Assembly: GCA_048938295.1 (NCBI GenBank)
Contig: JBHLMI010000008.1
Coordinates: forward strand, 1 to 32,000
DNA length: 32,000 nucleotides
Source of the DNA: Promethearchaeota archaeon
GTDB lineage: Archaea > Asgardarchaeota > Hermodarchaeia > Hermodarchaeales > Hermodarchaeaceae
Direction of reading: 5' to 3'
The notes beneath the pieces were generated by a model that made no database searches, had not been told where the DNA came from, and saw nothing but the letters and a program-made list of their open reading frames with translations. Of the stretch, positions 26,930 to 32,000 are shown one piece after another (positions within the stretch are counted from its first letter, which is position 1; each line of letters starts with the position of its first letter). The translations under genes and the position numbers were made by a program.

Positions 26930-28621
26930 CTAGCGTTCAGGCTGAGCGAGTGTTCGAGTCCCTGTTACCAAGGTTATACTACCAATACTGAATAGTGTGA
27001 CAAGGCCGATGAGGGCGAATGCAAAGGGTAAGCCAGTTCTTCCAACGGTTGAGATGATCAGGTCCCAGAAGGGTAATCCAAGGATATCACCGATCATTGA
27101 AATCAGGATGGGGGCAAAGAGGATTATCTGGACGCCCATCATTGTGATAATAACGTTCATCTGGTGTTCGGGTGATTTGGTATTTTCATAGTTAGGATTC
27201 CATGCGGTGACGCCAGTCGCAAAGATGATTGAGCCACAGATTATAGCATACCCATACGCGAGGAGGAAGAGAAATAGCTCAATGCCTCCTGCTGCTACGA
27301 CGGTGAGAACCACTGCAGGGATAATACAGAGTGGGATGGCGATGATGAAGGCTGAGACGAGTCGTGCCTTGACGAAGCGTGATGTTCCAGTTGGAGTGGT
27401 TTGAATAATCCAGAGTTGATCTTTGCTTTCCATAAAGGATGTGCCGCTGAAGGTGAAGGTGCCGATGACAGCTAATCCGATTCCTCCGACCATGATAAGT
27501 CCCATCATATCAAAGCCCCCAGTGTCTCCGAGACTTGTCATCAAATGCGCCATCACGATAGGGAGAATGACCGCTAGAATCAGCCCATAAGCAATTTTGG
27601 ATAGGTTTGAAGCCTTTCGAAAGAAGTCTTTCATACAAGTGACAACCAGTGCCCCAAAGGAACCCGATGCTAGTTTTCGAATACCTCGATAGAACGTATT
27701 ATCGCCTTTCACGGTTGTGATTTGCTCTGTTCGTGCACCTATGTTGTAGGTGAATATTCTGTCAGCAGTGAATAATCCGAGACCAACACAGGCTAGCCCA
27801 AAGACCCCAGATAGCACTGTACTGATGAGAAGATTGAATTGTAGGACTTGATGAAAGAGGAGGATTTGTTCAAGTGAGAAGTTCAATGTGCTGAATAGAA
27901 TTGCGAGCCAACTGATGGTATCTGCTGGCCAAGTGAATGGGAATAGAAGGAAGATGTTCATGCCCAGCAGAAGGCTCATTTGTTGACTATAGAACATGAT
28001 CCCGTAGATGGGGATGATGGACACTATGGCAAAGAGGATGGCAAGGCCATTCGCAATATCCTTTCCTCGTGCTGATTCACCAAGCTTTGCTTGAATCGCT
28101 GCAGTGATCAGGTTGGAAAGCCAGATGGTAGCCAGAATCATAGCGATGAGAACGAGATAGATAAGGAGTTGACCCACTAAAACGACTTCAAAGGCTAGGA
28201 ATAAGACCGTTAGAAATGGTGGTGCAATATACAGAACAAGGAGTATATAGAGGGGAACTTTCCCGAGGAAGGACCCGATAAGTATGTCTCGGGTTTTAAC
28301 GTTGTGTGAGAGGAAGATTTCCCACTGACCGATTTTAAGTTCTTGTAGGGCGCGTGAGAGTGGGATGACTAATAGGATGATCCATATGAAAAACATCACT
28401 GAGCGCATCAATCCGGGTATAAAACTAATCAGTAAGAATTGGAGGGCTCCGATGGGTATCATCAACCCAACCAGGGTTCCTACGAGGTAGGGTGCAATTA
28501 GAATAGCCCAGATGAATCCGAATACGAATAAGATTCCCATGTTTCTCGTTCGGTGTTCTCGGAGAGAGATTGTGCTGACGAGGTATTCGGCTTTGGCAAT
28601 GCTGAACCACTTTCGTGCCAT
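26930..28621 (-). CDS. ABC exporter permease (duplicated ABC-2-like, about 12 TM)
   Basis: Highly hydrophobic with two halves; downstream of the ABC ATPase with a 4-bp gap. Start placed at ATG 28621 (MARKWF). Confidence 0.8.
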   Translation of the reverse strand: MARKWFSIAKAEYLVSTISLREHRTRNMGILFVFGFIWAILIAPYLVGTLVGLMIPIGALQFLLISFIPGLMRSVMFFIWIILLVIPLSRALQELKIGQWEIFLSHNVKTRDILIGSFLGKVPLYILLVLYIAPPFLTVLFLAFEVVLVGQLLIYLVLIAMILATIWLSNLITAAIQAKLGESARGKDIANGLAILFAIVSIIPIYGIMFYSQQMSLLLGMNIFLLFPFTWPADTISWLAILFSTLNFSLEQILLFHQVLQFNLLISTVLSGVFGLACVGLGLFTADRIFTYNIGARTEQITTVKGDNTFYRGIRKLASGSFGALVVTCMKDFFRKASNLSKIAYGLILAVILPIVMAHLMTSLGDTGGFDMMGLIMVGGIGLAVIGTFTFSGTSFMESKDQLWIIQTTPTGTSRFVKARLVSAFIIAIPLCIIPAVVLTVVAAGGIELFLFLLAYGYAIICGSIIFATGVTAWNPNYENTKSPEHQMNVIITMMGVQIILFAPILISMIGDILGLPFWDLIISTVGRTGLPFAFALIGLVTLFSIGSITLVTGTRTLAQPER

Positions 28622-28625
28622 CCTC

Positions 28626-29402
28626 TCACCTCCATTGCAAGAGTGTGTTTCGGTCGACTTTGCTTCCAACAATGCGAAGATAGGCTTCTTCGAGATTCCT
28701 TGCATCTGTGGCGGTTGTGATGTCTTCAAGTGCCCCTTGGATGACAAGGGCCCCATCAATTATGATGCCGATGTGGTCGCACACATCTTCTGCAAAGGAG
28801 GTTTGGTGTGTGCAAATGAAGAAGGTAGTTGATGTTTCATCAGCAAGGACCTGAATGAGTTCTTTGACAACCATACTTGCACTGGGATCCAAACGGGATG
28901 TGGGTTCATCAAGAAACACAAGTTTCGGATCATGTAAGAGGGTTGATGCGATGAGGACCTTCTGTTTCATCCCTGAAGAGTAGGATTCAATCAAATCGTT
29001 TTGGCGCGACTCTAGACCAAGTAGTCCAAGGAGACTATCAATGCGATGCATCAACTCTGAACCATTCTTTCCATTCAGAGCCCCGATGAATTCAAGAAAT
29101 TCAACTGCCGAAAGTTTTGAGTACAATCCAGGCGTTTCAGGCAGCAATCCTGTGATTTCTTTTATTGCATTTCGTTTCTTATCAAGGGGTAGTCCGCAGA
29201 CGGTTGCTGTGCCACTTGATTGTTTCATGAGACCCGAGAGAATACGCACAGTTGTGGTTTTCCCTGCGCCGTTTGGACCCAGGAAACCGAAGCGGCTTCC
29301 TTGTTTGACTTCTAAGTCAAGATCACGAACAGCGTGGATGAGCCCGAAATGCTTGTTAAGTTTGTCTGTTTTGATGGTAACGCTGTTGTTCACGCGTTTC
29401 AC
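28626..29402 (-). CDS. ABC transporter ATP-binding protein (drug/peptide exporter type)
   Basis: Walker A GPNGAGKTT, signature YSSGMKQK, Walker B VFLDEP, H-loop CTH. Confidence 0.95.
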   Translation of the reverse strand: MKRVNNSVTIKTDKLNKHFGLIHAVRDLDLEVKQGSRFGFLGPNGAGKTTTVRILSGLMKQSSGTATVCGLPLDKKRNAIKEITGLLPETPGLYSKLSAVEFLEFIGALNGKNGSELMHRIDSLLGLLGLESRQNDLIESYSSGMKQKVLIASTLLHDPKLVFLDEPTSRLDPSASMVVKELIQVLADETSTTFFICTHQTSFAEDVCDHIGIIIDGALVIQGALEDITTATDARNLEEAYLRIVGSKVDRNTLLQWR

Positions 29403-29434
29403 CTCGTGGATGGATGGTGAGTTCTAGCTTATTA

Positions 29435-29487
29435 ACTTTGCCATACAAAGTACTTTATTAGCACAAAGTATTTAAGTGTGGCAAAGC
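29435..29487. promoter_or_regulatory. array of palindromic operator-like sites in the divergent promoter
   Basis: ACTTTG-N5-CAAAGT at 29435-29451; TACTTT-N8-AAAGTA at 29451-29470; CAAAG recurs at 29446, 29464 and 29482. Confidence 0.6.
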
Positions 29488-29510
29488 ATTATTTCTTCGA
29501 GGTAAACGCA

Positions 29511-30155
29511 ATGTCAGAACGAATCGACCTCAAAGCCTTGGAACGTAAAGCATACACATCCTATCATCAAGATGGCATCTTCGACATTATTCTTGGTTTA
29601 GCGATCATATTCTTTGGGCTAACATTACTCCCCCTGTTGGAAGAGAGCATGACCTACCTATGGGGAGGCACCTTCATTGTTTGGTTCATCAGCTATGGCG
29701 TTGCGAAGAAATCAATCACTGTACCACGGATGGGCTATGTGGAGTTTAGTCCAAGCAGACGTTATCGCCTCGTGTTCCTGTTCTCTCTCCTAGTGATCGT
29801 GAATGTTGTCATTTTTGCATTTATGATGTTTGGATTATCGGTCGCAGCTGTACTCTTTTTAAACCAGTACGGTCTGTTGGTTGTTGCAACAGTGGGCGGA
29901 GGATTGTTTGCAGTATTTGGGTGGGCCACTCAAATATACCGCCTTTTCGGTTATGGCGCTATAACGTTTCTCGCCTTCTCAGCAGCTCATGTGTTCGTGT
30001 TGCCCATCACTTACCCCATCATCGCTATAGGGATAGCTCTAGCCGGATTGGGTTTTGTATTGCTATACCAGTTTTTGAGGAAGTATCCCAAAACGAGAGA
30101 GAGTGAAGAGTTGTTTGAGGAATGGAATAATGAATTAGAGGGTGATCCAAAATGA
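29511..30155 (+). CDS. hypothetical membrane protein (about 6-7 TM), paralogue 1
   Basis: Motifs 'LK.LER.AY.SYHQDG..D', 'ITVPRMGYVEFS' and 'F.RKYPK'. Start placed at ATG 29511. Confidence 0.75.
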   Translation: MSERIDLKALERKAYTSYHQDGIFDIILGLAIIFFGLTLLPLLEESMTYLWGGTFIVWFISYGVAKKSITVPRMGYVEFSPSRRYRLVFLFSLLVIVNVVIFAFMMFGLSVAAVLFLNQYGLLVVATVGGGLFAVFGWATQIYRLFGYGAITFLAFSAAHVFVLPITYPIIAIGIALAGLGFVLLYQFLRKYPKTRESEELFEEWNNELEGDPK

Positions 30156-30766
30156 GTAAGACCACTGATCTAAAGTCAATAGAACGACAGGCCTATCTTT
30201 CCTACCATCAAGACGGATTAATCGACATCTTCGTTGGCATATTACTCATATTACTGGGGCTAACGATTTGGTTTTTACCGGAATTCTGGTTCTTCCTTGT
30301 TGGCGGATTTTTTGCCCTCTTCTCATCATACGCTGCTGCAAAGAATAGAATCACAATTCCTCGGATGGGGTATGTCGAGTTCTCGTCAGCTCGACGACTA
30401 AGGATCAAATACATCTTCTTGGTCTTAGTTTTACTCCTTGTGTTTGGTAATGTTTTGGGAATCATTGCGATGCTATATCCGCCATTAGGGGTGTTGATTT
30501 TTGAGTCCGCTTTTACTATCCTAATAGTTGGTGTGGTTGGGAGCATCATTTTCGCTGTCATTGGCTTAGCTTCCAATATCCAACGATTCTATCTGTATGC
30601 TGTTATCTTTCTTGGATCGGCAGTGTTCACCTTCTACTTCCCGATAATCACAGTCTTACCTTTGGTGGCTGTTGGGTTGATCATGACCGTGCTTGGGTCA
30701 GTGCTGTTGTACCAATTCATTCGAAAATATCCGAAAGAATCGCTTGGAGAGATGGAGGGTGCCTGA
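30152..30766 (+). CDS. hypothetical membrane protein (about 6-7 TM), paralogue 2
   Basis: Same motifs as paralogue 1; ATGA overlap with the upstream stop. Confidence 0.75.
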   Translation: MSKTTDLKSIERQAYLSYHQDGLIDIFVGILLILLGLTIWFLPEFWFFLVGGFFALFSSYAAAKNRITIPRMGYVEFSSARRLRIKYIFLVLVLLLVFGNVLGIIAMLYPPLGVLIFESAFTILIVGVVGSIIFAVIGLASNIQRFYLYAVIFLGSAVFTFYFPIITVLPLVAVGLIMTVLGSVLLYQFIRKYPKESLGEMEGA

Positions 30767-31088
30767 AGAGTCAGTTGACGCGAATTTCTCAATCATCGAT
30801 GATATTGATCGGGTGATTCACGAACCTGCTCGATTAGCTATTATGTCCCATCTTTATGTCTTAGACCGTGCTGACTTCCTTTTTCTCAAACAACAGACAG
30901 GGATGACGTGGGGGAACCTTTCGTCCCATATTACCAAACTCGAGAATGCCGGATATGTGGAAGTAATCAAGAAATTCGTTGACCGAAAACCGTACACGCT
31001 AATTCAATTGACGAAAGCAGGACGTCAAGCTTTCGAACAATATCAACGACAAATGCGGCATATGTTTGAAGGAATTAAAGAGAAATAG
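30759..31088 (+). CDS. winged-helix transcriptional regulator (ArsR/MarR-like, HTH_34 type)
   Basis: Motif 'IHEPARLAIM..L.....DF..L....G.T.GNLSSH..KLE.AGYV...K.F....P.T...LT..G..AF'. GTG start at 30759 with GGAGG upstream. Confidence 0.88.
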   Translation: MPEESVDANFSIIDDIDRVIHEPARLAIMSHLYVLDRADFLFLKQQTGMTWGNLSSHITKLENAGYVEVIKKFVDRKPYTLIQLTKAGRQAFEQYQRQMRHMFEGIKEK

Positions 31089-31141
31089 CATACGTTGTGA
31101 TTTACTGACCAGAATAATACTTTGTCAGTTACAGTTGCTGG

Positions 31142-31501
31142 TCAAGCTTTTTCTGTTGGTGTAATAGCCCCAGCTACTAGGACGATGATTCCTGGGATGA
31201 ATCCAGCAAAGAGCAGACCCAAGATACCTGTGATGATGAGTCCTGTGCGATGAGGTAGTGGATCGCTTCGCCAGAAGAGCCAAATAATCGCTAGGATGAA
31301 ACCAATTATGATGAAGACCGCGAAGATGCCATAGTAAATTGGCATCAATATGTTGATCAGCCATTCGTATCCTGGCGGGATAATTAATGGGAGGAGCCTT
31401 GGAATCCAAAAAAGAATGAGATAGAGATAATAGACAATCATGAGGAATTGGAGAATTGTGCCAACAAGAACAAATGCCCGAATTGTCCCTTCTTCTACCA
31501 T
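31142..31501 (-). CDS. hypothetical membrane protein (3-4 TM)
   Basis: 119 aa, almost entirely hydrophobic helices. Confidence 0.65.
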   Translation of the reverse strand: MVEEGTIRAFVLVGTILQFLMIVYYLYLILFWIPRLLPLIIPPGYEWLINILMPIYYGIFAVFIIIGFILAIIWLFWRSDPLPHRTGLIITGILGLLFAGFIPGIIVLVAGAITPTEKA

Positions 31502-31554
31502 AGCGTTTACACTCCACTCTCAACGTCATATCCTCTTCGATTAAAGTGTTTCAA

Positions 31555-31809
31555 TTATGAGTGGGGTTGGGCTTCAGGTTCATCTAGGATTGTGAAATGT
31601 CGATACCCCCATGGTATCCATGACCAGATTCTTTCGTGTAGGAAGTATTCGATGAATTTAATGATGGTGTCAAGGCTACCCAGGATACCGGCGAATACGA
31701 TGTTGCCTGTCAAGATGAAGGTTACAATTATTGTGCTAAGAGAGGCAAGCAGTCGCCAGGTTATGCCTTTGATGATTGATCGAGTGCGTGTCTCTTCGGC
31801 TTTCCTCAT
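31555..31809 (-). CDS. DUF2061 domain small membrane protein
   Basis: Motif 'ETRTRSIIK.ITWR......T................G.....IK...YFLHERIW..I.WG'. Start placed at ATG 31809. Confidence 0.8.
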   Translation of the reverse strand: MRKAEETRTRSIIKGITWRLLASLSTIIVTFILTGNIVFAGILGSLDTIIKFIEYFLHERIWSWIPWGYRHFTILDEPEAQPHS

Positions 31810-31916
31810 AAGGGATCCTCCTAAAATCCTTAGAGGAGCATAGCATTTATGCAAGGTTCTAATAAACAGATTGGTGGAGCCTGAGTTTTATTTCTCATAT
31901 TTGCTTTGATAAAAGA

Positions 31917-32000
31917 GGGGATGGCCCGGGTCTCTGTACCCGTGTATTGGCCCCCGGACTCCGCAGCGACACCGGGCAGATTGGCGACGCTGGCACGTCA
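31917..32000. ncRNA. candidate structured RNA, truncated by window end (unassigned)
   Basis: 58 of 84 nt are G/C in an otherwise AT-richer region; nested stems GGCC/GGCC, CGGGT/ACCCG and CCCGG/CCGGG. Confidence 0.3.

Noticed and set aside
28622-28759. N-terminal extension of the permease overlapping the ATPase gene
   Set aside because: It overlaps the ABC ATPase C-terminus in another frame; ATG 28621 with a purine-rich upstream site fits better.
31921-31965. Minus-strand resemblance to RNase P P4 motifs (AGUCCGGG and ACAGAGACCCGG)
   Set aside because: The two motifs are only about 20 nt apart, versus hundreds in RNase P RNA, and the conserved CUUA is absent.
1-32000. Genome-wide amber reassignment
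   Set aside because: TAG is the normal terminator of about 14 of 37 genes, at positions consistent with complete proteins.

Overview
Gene-dense archaeal chromosomal window with about 37 CDS. No CRISPR array, rRNA, recognisable tRNA or transposase was seen. Two Rab-like small GTPases, two longin/uDENN-like proteins, a TackOD1-like Zn-finger domain and isopentenyl phosphate kinase point to an Asgard archaeon (inference; lineage not assignable by eye). Most genes are housekeeping or metabolic (AlaX, nitroreductase, Old Yellow Enzyme, OxlT-like MFS, acyl-CoA dehydrogenase, GNATs, PfkB kinase). The best candidate for an undescribed system is 14.5-19.6 kb: a single-pass receptor-like protein (CBM-like ectodomain, TM, cytosolic longin-like domain, helical/wHTH-like tail) divergent from a Rab-like GTPase, which is directly followed by an NPRL2/uDENN-like longin fused to a TackOD1-like multi-Zn-finger domain. 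A prenol kinase plus IPK pair follows on the same strand. Other highlights: a tandem GNAT gene split by one in-frame TAG; an ABC exporter plus surface C39-like peptidase locus with an 18-bp-phased operator-like array; two unannotated small ORFs; and a GC-rich structured element at the right edge.
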